Shown here in pieces: positions 26,240-35,286 of a stretch of 42,746 nucleotides of DNA. This stretch comes from an uncultured Gemmatimonadota bacterium. Lineage in GTDB: Bacteria > GCA-2686955. The translations under genes were made by a program, and so were the position numbers. The notes under the pieces are model-generated. The model worked only from the letters and a program-made list of their open reading frames with translations. It was not told where the DNA came from and made no database searches. The DNA lies in the NCBI GenBank assembly GCA_964490075.1, contig CAZBBK010000048.1, positions 1 through 42,746 on the forward strand, written 5' to 3'. Numbering within the stretch: position 1 is the first letter of the stretch; the number at the start of each line of letters is the position of its first letter.

Positions 26240-27961
26240 ATGTCTTTGCGCATCAATCACAACATCGCGTCCATGAACGCCTTCCGAAACTTGACGAAGG
26301 TCGAAGGTGGGCTGAACAAGAACCTGGAGCGGCTGTCGAGCGGTCTGAGGATCAACTCGGCGGCCGACGACCCGGCGGGTCTCTCCATCTCCCAGCAGTT
26401 CCGCGCTCAGATCGCCGGGCTGGGGCAGGCGATCGAGAACGCCGAAATGTCGATCAACATGCTGCAGACCGCGGAAGGCGCCCTGGCCGAGGTCCACAAC
26501 CTGCTCACCAACATGCGTGAGCTGGCGGTGCACGCCTCCAACGCGGGCGTCAACGACGCCTCGATGCTGGCGGCGGACCAGGATCAGCTCGAGTCGGCGC
26601 TCGGCACGATCAACCGCATCGCGCAGGAGACGCAGTTCGGCAGCCAGTACCTGCTGGACGGGTCGGCCGACAACTCGATCGGGATCTCGACCAACGCCTC
26701 GGACATCGAGGTGGCGCAGAACTCCACCCTCTCGGAAGGTTTCCACACCATCACCGTGAGCTCGGTAGTGGACGAGAGCCAGTTCATCGACAACGAGTCG
26801 TTGGGGCTCTCCGATCCCGCCAGTGTCGACGGGTTGGCCTCGGGCGACCACCAGGTCGTGGTCACCCAGGAGTCGGTCGGCGCCACGATCGCGGGCGACG
26901 ACATCGACTTCACCAACCCCTTGACGATCGCGGCTGGCACCAACGACCAGTTCGTGCTTTCGCTGGACGGTGGAGCCGACATGACGGTCACGATCGCCGC
27001 GGCCGCCTATGCCGACGCCGATACGCTCGCCACGGCGATCTCGACCGCCGTCAATACGGCGTTGTCGAACGCCTCGCTGTCGACCGCCGAGATCACCGTC
27101 GACGACTCGAGCGACCACCTGGAGTTCGTCACCGGCGACGAGGGCTCGGCTTCCTCGATCAGCATCCACGACACCGGTCTGACCAACTCCGCGCTGGCCG
27201 ATATCAACGTGACCCAGCAGGTGACGGTCGGCACCGATGCGATCGTGACCCTCGACAACCAGGTCAACTACATCTACGACATCGACCACATGAACACCGG
27301 CACGGCCACCTTGCAGGACAAGGATGGCAACACCGTCGACTTCACGGTCGGTATCGCGGGTGATGGCTTGACCCTTGGCTCCACCACCCTCACCTTCAAC
27401 GCCAAGAGCTTCCTGGTCGATCTCGACGGAGAGGTGCAGGGGCGTTTCGAGGTAGGCAAGACCGACACCATCACCAACGGTCGGGAGTCGATCGACATCC
27501 GCTTCGGCAGCGACGTCACCGCGGGGATCAACAAGATCCGCGCCGAGGACAACTCGCTGCGCTTCCAGATCGGAGGCAACGAGGGTCAGTACAAGGCGAT
27601 CTCCATCGCCTCGATGTCGGCCACGCAGCTCGGCCTGACCGACAAGAAGCTGACCGCGGTCGATGTGACCAACTTCGATGGAGCGCAGGAGGCGATCGAG
27701 ATCATCGACGCGGCCATCGAGGCGGTGTCGTCCGAGCGCGCCGAGCTGGGTGCCTTCCAGACCGATGTGCTGGAGTCGACTTTGTCGAACTTGAGGATCT
27801 CTCACGAGAACCTCTCGGCGGCCGAGTCGTCCCTGCGCGACACCGACATGGCGGCGGAGATGGCGAGCTTCACCAAGCACCAGATCCTGCAGTCCGCCTC
27901 GATCTCGATGCTGGCGCAGGCCAACCAGCAGCCGCAGGCGATCCTGTCGCTGCTCGGCTAG
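26240..27961 (+). CDS. fliC: Flagellin (573 aa)
   Basis: MSLRINHNIASMNAFRNL...LERLSSGLRINSAADDPAGL...QTAEGAL; C-terminal RAELGAFQ...AAESSLRDTDMAAEM...MLAQANQQPQAILSLLG; GGAGG RBS. Confidence 0.97.
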   Translation: MSLRINHNIASMNAFRNLTKVEGGLNKNLERLSSGLRINSAADDPAGLSISQQFRAQIAGLGQAIENAEMSINMLQTAEGALAEVHNLLTNMRELAVHASNAGVNDASMLAADQDQLESALGTINRIAQETQFGSQYLLDGSADNSIGISTNASDIEVAQNSTLSEGFHTITVSSVVDESQFIDNESLGLSDPASVDGLASGDHQVVVTQESVGATIAGDDIDFTNPLTIAAGTNDQFVLSLDGGADMTVTIAAAAYADADTLATAISTAVNTALSNASLSTAEITVDDSSDHLEFVTGDEGSASSISIHDTGLTNSALADINVTQQVTVGTDAIVTLDNQVNYIYDIDHMNTGTATLQDKDGNTVDFTVGIAGDGLTLGSTTLTFNAKSFLVDLDGEVQGRFEVGKTDTITNGRESIDIRFGSDVTAGINKIRAEDNSLRFQIGGNEGQYKAISIASMSATQLGLTDKKLTAVDVTNFDGAQEAIEIIDAAIEAVSSERAELGAFQTDVLESTLSNLRISHENLSAAESSLRDTDMAAEMASFTKHQILQSASISMLAQANQQPQAILSLLG

Positions 27962-27976
27962 TCCGCGCTTCGAACC

Positions 27977-28011
27977 GGCGCACCGCGGGGCGTAAGAGCC
28001 CCGCGGGCGCC
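27977..28011 (+). terminator. Strong GC hairpin after flagellin (terminator or mRNA-stabilising stem)
   Basis: GGCGC-a-CCGCGGGGC gtaaga GCCCCGCGG-GCGCC, 14 bp; no U-tract. Confidence 0.5.
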
Positions 28012-28104
28012 ACCCGACCATCGCCCCGGCGGATGAGAGGCCCGCGATGAAGCGGCCACTCATCTTCCGGGGCTCCCCCGAATCGACCGAGGAACCCGAA
28101 TCCC

Positions 28105-28512
28105 ATGGCAGCTCCAGCGGCGTACAAGAGCTATCAGCAGACCCGGATCATGACCGCCAGCCAGCGGGAGCTGATTCTGATGCTCTACTCCGGGTCGATC
28201 CGATTCCTGCGCCAGGGGCTGAAGGCTCTGGAATCCGACGACCGCGAGGGAGCGCACAAGGCGATCATTCGCGGTCGCCGAATCGTTGCCGAGCTGATGT
28301 CGTCGCTCAACCACCAGGCCGGCGAGATCGCCGCCAACCTCTTCGAGCTCTACGGCTACGTCTTCCGTCTCTTGATCGACGCCAACGCGCGGCAATCGGT
28401 CGAGCCGCTGCGCGAAGCCGTCGAGATCCTGAGCACGCTCAAAGAGGGATGGGAGGGAATTCCGGTGGACCTAGAGCTCAAGGAAGGGGCCACCGAGCCG
28501 ACCGGTACTTGA
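28105..28512 (+). CDS. fliS: Flagellin export chaperone FliS
   Basis: YQQTRIMTASQRELILMLYSG...ELMSSLN...GEIAANLFELYGY...LKEGW. Confidence 0.95.
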   Translation: MAAPAAYKSYQQTRIMTASQRELILMLYSGSIRFLRQGLKALESDDREGAHKAIIRGRRIVAELMSSLNHQAGEIAANLFELYGYVFRLLIDANARQSVEPLREAVEILSTLKEGWEGIPVDLELKEGATEPTGT

Positions 28513-28564
28513 GAGGCACTCCGCGCGGCGCGGAGCCCGTCCCGTTCGGCATAGGAGATCGGCC

Positions 28565-28879
28565 ATGAGAATCGGCCAAGGAAACGCAGCACACCCGGCC
28601 TACCTGGCGGCCCTCAAGGGGGCCGAGGAGGAGCGCAAGGGCCGGATGCGCGCAGATGCCGAGCCCGGCGACACGACGGTCAAGATCTCGCCCGAGGCGC
28701 GCGCCAAGCTCGCCGCCCTGGAGAGCGCCCGCGTGCACCAGGCCCAGATGCCCGACCTGTCCCAGGTCAGAGAGCAGAAGATCCGCGAGATCGAAGAGCG
28801 GATCGAGTCGGGCCACTACGATTCACCCGCGGTCAGTCGCGAGATCTCAGAGCTCTTGCTCTCGATCTACGGCGCCTAG
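28565..28879 (+). CDS. flgM: Anti-sigma-28 factor FlgM
   Basis: DTTVKISPEAR...VREQKIREIEERIESGHYDSPAVSREI; AGGAG RBS. Confidence 0.85.
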   Translation: MRIGQGNAAHPAYLAALKGAEEERKGRMRADAEPGDTTVKISPEARAKLAALESARVHQAQMPDLSQVREQKIREIEERIESGHYDSPAVSREISELLLSIYGA

Positions 28880-28900
28880 CCCCAGAGCCGAGGCAGCACC

Positions 28901-31543
28901 ATGATCCCGGCCACCAGCGTCTCCGGCCTCGTGTCGGGCCTCGATACCACGGCCATCATCAACGCCATCATGGCGGTCGAGCGGCGGCCGGTCGCGGTCC
29001 TGCAGAGCCGCCAGATCACCAAGACCGATCAGCTCACGACCTGGAAGGGGATCGAGGCGATGCTGCTGGGTGTGCAGACCCAGGCCGCCAGCATCATGCA
29101 GTCCTCGACCTTCCGGGCGGCCATCTCGGCCACCTCCTCCGACGAGGAGATCCTGACCGCGACGACCGAGAGCAACGCCGCCTTCGGCACCTACAATCTC
29201 ACCGTCAGCCAGCTGGCGCAGAATCACCAGATCGCGTCGATCGGCTACGACGATTCCGATACCACCTCGCTCGGCGACGGCACGCTGCAGATCAGCGTCG
29301 GCGACTCGACCAAGACCGTCACCATCGAGTCGGGCAGCGACACCCTCGAGGGAATCCGCGACGCCATCAACGAAGCAGGTGCAGGTGTCAGCGCCTCGAT
29401 CGTCGACACCGGCGCCGACTCCTACGGCAAGCAGCTCATCTTGACGGCGGAGGAGACCGGTGCCGACAACACCATCTCGGTGGTGTCAAACCTCTCCGGC
29501 GGGCAGCAGGCGCTCAGCTTCGCCGCTCCGGGCAGCGCGGCGGTGTCGGCCTGGTCGGGCAACTCGACCGCGGCCATCAGCACGCCGGGGGCCTACCAGG
29601 GAACGAGCGCCAATACCTACACTTTCACGGTCGGCACGCTCGACGACGCGGTGATCGACAGCCCCGATCTGGACGACTGGACCGGCGTCACACCGACCGT
29701 GGGCGGCAGCTACACCGGCTCCGAAGACAAGACCTTCGACTTCTACGTGGCGAGCGGTGGCACGCTTGGCACCGATACCATAGAGCTCACCGTCAGCGAC
29801 GGCCAGAACGTCGAGACGATCACCGTCGATCCCGGCTACGACGGCAGCCCGATCTCGGTCGGCAGCGAAGGTCTCACGCTCACTCTGCCCACGACCGGAT
29901 CGATGGTGGAGGGGGAGTCGTTCACCGTCGATGTCGAGACCGGTCACGGATTGGTCGGAGCCGACTCGCAGAGCGTGCTGGTCGATTGGAGCGACCTCTA
30001 CGGCAACAGCGGGCAGTTCAATCTCGATGCGAGCTACAGCGCCGGCGATGCGATCGACCTGGGAGACGGTCTCTCGGTCGCCTTCGACGCCGCATCGGTG
30101 GAGGAAGGCGATCAGTTCACGATCGACGTGACGCCGGGGTCCGGTGTCAACACCATTCAGGACGCCCAGGACTCCATCGTGCAGCTCGGCACCGGCGCCA
30201 ATCCGATCGAGGTGCACTCGGCCACCAACCAGGTCACGACGCTGATCGAGGGAGTGACGATCGACCTGCAGTCGGCCGATGTCGACACCACGGTCTCGCT
30301 CGCCATCGATCGCGACGATTCGGGAATCACCTCCGAGGTGCAGGGCTTCATCGATCGCTACAACGATCTGGTCCAGATGATCAACGATCAGTTCAAGTAC
30401 GACCAGGAGCTGGACCAGGCCGGAGTGCTCTTGGGCGACACCACTCTGATCGCCCTGCAGAGCCAGGTACGATCGTTGGTCACCGGAGTGCAGAACGAGA
30501 TCTCGGGCGACCTGCGCACGCTTGCCGAAGTTGGAATCCGCTCCGATACGGAAGGGAAGCTCTCGCTCAACAGCGCGATATTTCGTGCCGAGCTCGAAGA
30601 GGACTTCGAGTCGGTCGTGGCGCTCTTCGCGGAACTGGGCGATTCCACCGACGATGACGTCCTGTTCGTTGGATCGACGGACGACACCATCACCGAGGCG
30701 ACCGGATATCGGATCGAGGTCACCCAGGCGGCGACGCACGGGGAGCAGGCGGGAGAGCAGATCGAGGTCTCGGCCTCTCAGCAGGTGACGATCGACGCCG
30801 CCCACAAGAAGCTGCGCTTCACCATCAATGGCAAGGACACCGGCATCTTCAACCTCGAAGAGGGGACCTACGCGAGCGGCACCGAGCTCGCCGAGATGAT
30901 CGAGCGCTCGCTCTACGACGGTACCAGCATGGGCGCCGACGACGTCGAGGTGATCTGGGAAGAGGACTCTCTGAATCCCGACGAAGGCCGCCTGGTGATT
31001 CGTTCCTTGTCCTGGGGGTCCGACTCGACCGTGCAGCTCGAGGCCCCGCCTTCCAGCGCCAACGATCGGCTGGGATTGGGCTCCACCGGTGTCTCCTCGG
31101 GCGCCGACGTGCAGGGTCGTATCAACGGCCAGATGGCCACCGGCAGCGGTCGGGTCCTGACCTCGGCCGCCGGAGCCTCCGAAGGTCTCTCCGTCGAAGT
31201 GTTGCTGACCGCCGACGAGCTGGCGTCGCAGGGCGTCGACCAGGGCCATGTGTCGTTCACGCGCGGCATGGGCTTTCAGCTCAACGAACTGATCAACGAC
31301 TACACATCCGAGAGCGGCCTGGTCGGAGGACGGATCGGCTCGTTGCAGTCCCAGATCGACGTGCTCGCTGACGAGGTCGAGTCGATGGAAGAACGTCTCG
31401 TCAAGCGCGAGCAATCGTTGGTCCAGCAGTTCGTCGCCATGGAGGTGGCCATGAGCACCTTCCAGACCCAGAGCAGCTTCCTGACCGCCCAGCTCGCCGG
31501 TCTGCAGAATTTGAACCAGGCCATCGCCAACAAGGGCAAGTGA
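28901..31543 (+). CDS. fliD: Flagellar filament cap protein FliD, unusually long (880 aa)
   Basis: SGLVSGLDTTAIINAIMAVE, VSQLAQNHQIAS, IRDAIN..AGVSASIV, AQDS, NQVTTLIEGVTIDL, FIDRYN, GVLLGD, QQFVAME. Confidence 0.95.
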   Translation: MIPATSVSGLVSGLDTTAIINAIMAVERRPVAVLQSRQITKTDQLTTWKGIEAMLLGVQTQAASIMQSSTFRAAISATSSDEEILTATTESNAAFGTYNLTVSQLAQNHQIASIGYDDSDTTSLGDGTLQISVGDSTKTVTIESGSDTLEGIRDAINEAGAGVSASIVDTGADSYGKQLILTAEETGADNTISVVSNLSGGQQALSFAAPGSAAVSAWSGNSTAAISTPGAYQGTSANTYTFTVGTLDDAVIDSPDLDDWTGVTPTVGGSYTGSEDKTFDFYVASGGTLGTDTIELTVSDGQNVETITVDPGYDGSPISVGSEGLTLTLPTTGSMVEGESFTVDVETGHGLVGADSQSVLVDWSDLYGNSGQFNLDASYSAGDAIDLGDGLSVAFDAASVEEGDQFTIDVTPGSGVNTIQDAQDSIVQLGTGANPIEVHSATNQVTTLIEGVTIDLQSADVDTTVSLAIDRDDSGITSEVQGFIDRYNDLVQMINDQFKYDQELDQAGVLLGDTTLIALQSQVRSLVTGVQNEISGDLRTLAEVGIRSDTEGKLSLNSAIFRAELEEDFESVVALFAELGDSTDDDVLFVGSTDDTITEATGYRIEVTQAATHGEQAGEQIEVSASQQVTIDAAHKKLRFTINGKDTGIFNLEEGTYASGTELAEMIERSLYDGTSMGADDVEVIWEEDSLNPDEGRLVIRSLSWGSDSTVQLEAPPSSANDRLGLGSTGVSSGADVQGRINGQMATGSGRVLTSAAGASEGLSVEVLLTADELASQGVDQGHVSFTRGMGFQLNELINDYTSESGLVGGRIGSLQSQIDVLADEVESMEERLVKREQSLVQQFVAMEVAMSTFQTQSSFLTAQLAGLQNLNQAIANKGK

Positions 31544-31956
31544 CGATGCAATCCCCCTTCGGCCGGTTGAGAGAAGGCTACGACGAGCTTCGCGGCTTGA
31601 CGGTCGAGCTCGACCGCGCCGTCGGCGATGGATCGGATGCCCGAGAAGTGCAATCCTTGGTTGACGACCGGGGGCGCCTGATCGGAACGCTCGAGGATCT
31701 CCTCTCGGAGGCCACTCGGTGGGCGGCGCACGCCTCGCCGCAGGAGTTGACACGGGCGAGCACCGCGATCGCCGAGAGCATCGTGTTGGTGCGGGCGATT
31801 CAGGAGCGCGATTGCGCCCTTCTGAGCAGCTTCGAGAGCGTTCAGGCGCGGCTCAAGAGCGAGGGAGCGAAGCTGCAGCAGGGTCGTCGGACCCTGCACC
31901 ACTACCGCCCCGGCCGCACCAGCGACGGTCACGCCATGATCGACCGCAGGGGTTGA
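31540..31956 (+). CDS. FliT/FlgN-like flagellar chaperone
   Basis: Helical 138-aa protein coupled to fliD (GTGA overlap); LVDDRGRLI and C-terminal Y...MIDRRG pattern. Confidence 0.6.
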   Translation: MTMQSPFGRLREGYDELRGLTVELDRAVGDGSDAREVQSLVDDRGRLIGTLEDLLSEATRWAAHASPQELTRASTAIAESIVLVRAIQERDCALLSSFESVQARLKSEGAKLQQGRRTLHHYRPGRTSDGHAMIDRRG

Positions 31957-31978
31957 TCGCCGGTCCCGCCGCGGTCGC

Positions 31979-32005
31979 TCAAGTCCCTCGGCTTCGATCC
32001 GATCT
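31979..32005 (+). promoter_or_regulatory. Possible sigma-28-like promoter upstream of the AlkP-like/sulfotransferase pair
   Basis: TCAA(G) 31979-83, 15-nt spacer, TCCGATCT 31998-32005, in the intergenic gap. Confidence 0.4.
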
Positions 32006-32045
32006 CCGCTAACAGGTGCATCTCGATCGATCCAGGAGTGATCCC

Positions 32046-32675
32046 ATGTCGGCTTCTCTCGTGCTGGTCCTGATCCCGGGGCTGATCCCGCGGCAATGCG
32101 CGGCCCTGATCGACGCTGGCGGCAGAGCCCACGGCGTGATCGCCGGCGAGCCTTTGCTGTCACAGGCGGCGGCTCGGGCGGTTCTGCTCAAGGGGGTGGT
32201 CCGCGAAGGGGAGCGGGCGTTGGCCCCCGATCTGATCGCCATCGTGCGCGACACGGGGGGCACGGCGGCGACATTGCACGCCGATTCGGGTGCCGATGTC
32301 GCCGCGCGGGCGGCGACGCTGATCGAGGAGGGCGCGGCGCTGCTGGTGATCGACTGGGCCGACGCCGGGGACTGCTCCTGGGTGCGGCTCTTCGATGCGC
32401 TGGGGGAGATCAACCTGCTGGTGGTCGGCTACGGCACCGGGGCGGAGTGCTCGGCCTTCATCGCTGGCGGCCCCGACATCGTTCCCGGCGCCCGTATCGA
32501 CGCCACGCTGGTCGACCTGCACCCCAGCGCGCTATCGCTGCTGCAGATCGTGCCGCCTCCCGGCCCGATCAGCGAAGGACGAGCCTTGCACGAGCTGCTG
32601 CGCAGCGCCCAGCTCAGCGACCAGGAGCACCAAGAGGTCCTGGAACATCTGCGCGCGGTCGGCTATCTCGAGTAG
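32046..32675 (+). CDS. Small degenerate alkaline-phosphatase-fold protein
   Basis: AGGAG RBS before ATG 32046; C-terminal FIAGGPDI...LVDLHPSALSLL...EGRALHE...VLEHLRAVGYLE resembles NPP/sulfatase tails; metal ligands replaced (LIPGL for LDG, VGYG for SDHG). Confidence 0.65.
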   Translation: MSASLVLVLIPGLIPRQCAALIDAGGRAHGVIAGEPLLSQAAARAVLLKGVVREGERALAPDLIAIVRDTGGTAATLHADSGADVAARAATLIEEGAALLVIDWADAGDCSWVRLFDALGEINLLVVGYGTGAECSAFIAGGPDIVPGARIDATLVDLHPSALSLLQIVPPPGPISEGRALHELLRSAQLSDQEHQEVLEHLRAVGYLE

Positions 32676-32699
32676 CCGTCCCGAGGAAGCCCCATCGAA

Positions 32700-34805
32700 A
32701 TGAGCTGCTCTCCCGACTCCCCCTTGATCATGCTGGGCTGCCAGCGCTCTGGTACCACCTTGACGGCGCGGATTCTCGCCGCCCATCCTCAGGCGGCGTT
32801 CGGCTCGGAGCTGGGCGTGATCCGCTTCGCGATGATCTGGTTCCGCTCTCAGTGTCAGTCGCGGGCGGCTTTCCGCAACCTGCGCATGGTGGAGTTCCTG
32901 CACGCCTTTCAACGCGTCGGCGGACCTCAAGGACCGGCGCCGCAGCAACGGATCTACCGGGCCGTGGAACAGGTGCTGCTGCGCTACCTTCGCGACGGTC
33001 GCCTGGAGCGCTGGGCCGATGCCTGCGATGTCGACACATTCGTCCGCAATCTGTGCTTCGATGCCCACGCTGTGGGCGTCCGCGCGGCCGTGTGCTGGGG
33101 CGACAAGTACCCAGAGCACCTGTTCCTGATCGACGAGATCGAAGCGGTGTTTCCCGCGTCACGCTACATCTTCGTGCACCGCCATCCGCACGATGTGATG
33201 GAGTCGCTGTTCCGGCATCGCAACACGCGGCGCGCTTTCACCGGGGGGCTGCGTTTCACCATGGCCGATTGCCGGGACCAGTGGGTGGAGTGGAACTCGA
33301 TCTGGCTCGAGACGCGCGAGCGGATCGATGCAGGGCGGCGCTTCGAGCTGCGCTTCGAGGACCTGGCACGCGACGCCGACGCCGCGCTCTCCAAACTGAG
33401 CGACTTCGCCGGCTGCGCGCTGCTCGACAGCCCGCAGGTGCGCGAGCTGGCGGCGCGGATCGATCCGGCGCAGGTGGGCAAGTGGCGCAGCATGACCGAC
33501 GCCCACCTGGTGGAGAGCTGCGAGACATCGCCCGGCTTCGAGCAAGTTCGCGCCGCGCTGGGCTACGATCCGGCGATCGGCGCACCGGTCGCCCGCGCCG
33601 CCGCGCCTCTGCCCGCGGTGCAGCGAGAAGTGTCGCGGCCCGCCGAGACCCAGCCTTCCCGGGCAGAAGCGTCCGCGGCACCCGCCGACGATCCGCCCCT
33701 GCCGCCTCCGCCGGCCGCGCTCTGCGCGTCGCCCCCGACTGCCGACGCGGCCGACGAGCCCTTGCCACCGCCGCCACCGGCGCTCTTCGAGTCGACGGCG
33801 CCCGGCGCCGGAAGCGGCAACCGGAGTCATCCGCGGGTCAAACTGCTGGTGATCGGCCTCGACGGCATGACCCCCAATCTGCTCTTCGAGGAGCTCGCTC
33901 GCCTCGGCAACTTCAAGACCCTGATCGAGGGCGGGGTGCACGGCGAGCTGGCCAGTGTGTCGCCACCGATGAGCGGCTGTGCCTGGCCCTCTTTCTTCAC
34001 GGGACTGGAGCCTCGAGGGCACGGTTTCGACGAGAACCAGCGACGCTTCGAAGACATGAGCTACGCCGACGTCCGCGTGCCCAAGCTCTGGGATTTCCTC
34101 AACCGGTCCGGGATCTCGACGGGGTTCCTCAATATGCCCCTGGCCTACCCGATGGGGCCGATGCGAGGCTACATCGTTCCCGGCCGCTTCGCGCCTCTGA
34201 AGCGCATGAGCCCGCAAGTGCGCGACACACTTCAGGGCTATCGGGCACACCCGCGAATCGCCCCTCAGACGACGCCCGAGTTCTTGCGCGAGCAGTGGGA
34301 AACCGATCGCCAGTGCGTTCACTACTGGGAGAAGCTGATTCGCGCCCATCCCACCGACCTGGCGACGATCGTCCTCTACACGCCCGACAATGTCGGTCAC
34401 TGGTTCTGGGACGACCCGGCGGCGCTGCACGATTCCTACGGGCTGCTGGATCGCCTGGTCGGCCAGATCTTGAACTCGGTCGAAGCGGATCACGTGCTGA
34501 TCATGAGCGACCACGGAATGTGCGGCAAGGAGGAGCCGGGCACCGAGGAATTCTGCAAGGTGCTTTCCGACAAGGGCGAGAAGGTACACTTCGCGATGCA
34601 GGGCTGGCATCAGAAGGACGGCATCTACATCGCGTCGGGCGCGGGCTTCCAGCCCCACTCCGAGCGCCGGCCGCTCGGCATCATCGATCTGACGCCGATC
34701 ATGCTGCGCCTGTTCGGCGTCGAGCTGCCGGAGACGACGCGTTTCGACGGCGCGGCGCCCGACTGGCTCTTCTCAGACGCGCCGGTCGGGGCGTTCAGCG
34801 AGTAA
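32700..34805 (+). CDS. Sulfotransferase fused to an AlkP-family phosphodiesterase
   Basis: GCQRSGTTL (5'-PSB loop), WGDKYP, HRHPHDVMES (3'-PB), RFEDL; Pro-rich linker; IGLDGM, PPMSGCAWPSFFTG, DNVGH, SDHG, GWH, DLTP. Confidence 0.88.
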   Translation: MSCSPDSPLIMLGCQRSGTTLTARILAAHPQAAFGSELGVIRFAMIWFRSQCQSRAAFRNLRMVEFLHAFQRVGGPQGPAPQQRIYRAVEQVLLRYLRDGRLERWADACDVDTFVRNLCFDAHAVGVRAAVCWGDKYPEHLFLIDEIEAVFPASRYIFVHRHPHDVMESLFRHRNTRRAFTGGLRFTMADCRDQWVEWNSIWLETRERIDAGRRFELRFEDLARDADAALSKLSDFAGCALLDSPQVRELAARIDPAQVGKWRSMTDAHLVESCETSPGFEQVRAALGYDPAIGAPVARAAAPLPAVQREVSRPAETQPSRAEASAAPADDPPLPPPPAALCASPPTADAADEPLPPPPPALFESTAPGAGSGNRSHPRVKLLVIGLDGMTPNLLFEELARLGNFKTLIEGGVHGELASVSPPMSGCAWPSFFTGLEPRGHGFDENQRRFEDMSYADVRVPKLWDFLNRSGISTGFLNMPLAYPMGPMRGYIVPGRFAPLKRMSPQVRDTLQGYRAHPRIAPQTTPEFLREQWETDRQCVHYWEKLIRAHPTDLATIVLYTPDNVGHWFWDDPAALHDSYGLLDRLVGQILNSVEADHVLIMSDHGMCGKEEPGTEEFCKVLSDKGEKVHFAMQGWHQKDGIYIASGAGFQPHSERRPLGIIDLTPIMLRLFGVELPETTRFDGAAPDWLFSDAPVGAFSE

Positions 34806-34809
34806 CGAA

Positions 34810-35286
34810 TCAATCCAGGACGATTCCCGGAAGCTGTCGCTGCACGACTGCCTTCCAGCTCTTCCGTTCGCTGCCGGGGGCGAGTGTATCGAGGCCCTGC
34901 TGCAGCACCTCCCGCGCCCCCTCCAGGTCGCCCGTGTGGTAGCGCGCGACCCCCAGACCGAGCATCGACTCGTCGCTGGTGGGATCGAGGCGCAGCGCCT
35001 CTTCGAAGCACACACGCGCCTCGCGCCACCGCGCCAGGCGGCTGAGCGCGTAGCCGAGCGCCTGCCGGTGCGCCGGATCGTTCGGCTGGCGCTCGATCAG
35101 GGCTGCGTAGAGCTCGGCCGCGTGCCGGTGCCGCCCGGCGGCCAGCGACCGGGTCGCGTCGAGGCTCAGCTCTTGCGTCGATCGGTCGAGGAAGCGGTCC
35201 TCGGCGGAGGCCGGCGCGCCTTCGTCCAGACCGGCCGACGCACAGCCGGCCAGCAGCGCCGAAGCGATCACGATCGATCGCCTCAC
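34810..35286 (-). CDS. TPR-repeat lipoprotein
   Basis: GTG at 35286 overlaps the rimO stop; MRRSIVIASALLAGC lipobox; TPR units ALGYALSRLARWREARVCFEEALRLDP. Confidence 0.8.
   Translation of the reverse strand: MRRSIVIASALLAGCASAGLDEGAPASAEDRFLDRSTQELSLDATRSLAAGRHRHAAELYAALIERQPNDPAHRQALGYALSRLARWREARVCFEEALRLDPTSDESMLGLGVARYHTGDLEGAREVLQQGLDTLAPGSERKSWKAVVQRQLPGIVLD

Noticed and set aside
33680-33800. Short direct repeats (PLPPPPxAL twice; also GGGCGC x4 at the right edge and GGGGTT-like repeats at 1-45)
   Set aside because: They encode Pro-rich protein linkers; not CRISPR or mobile repeats.
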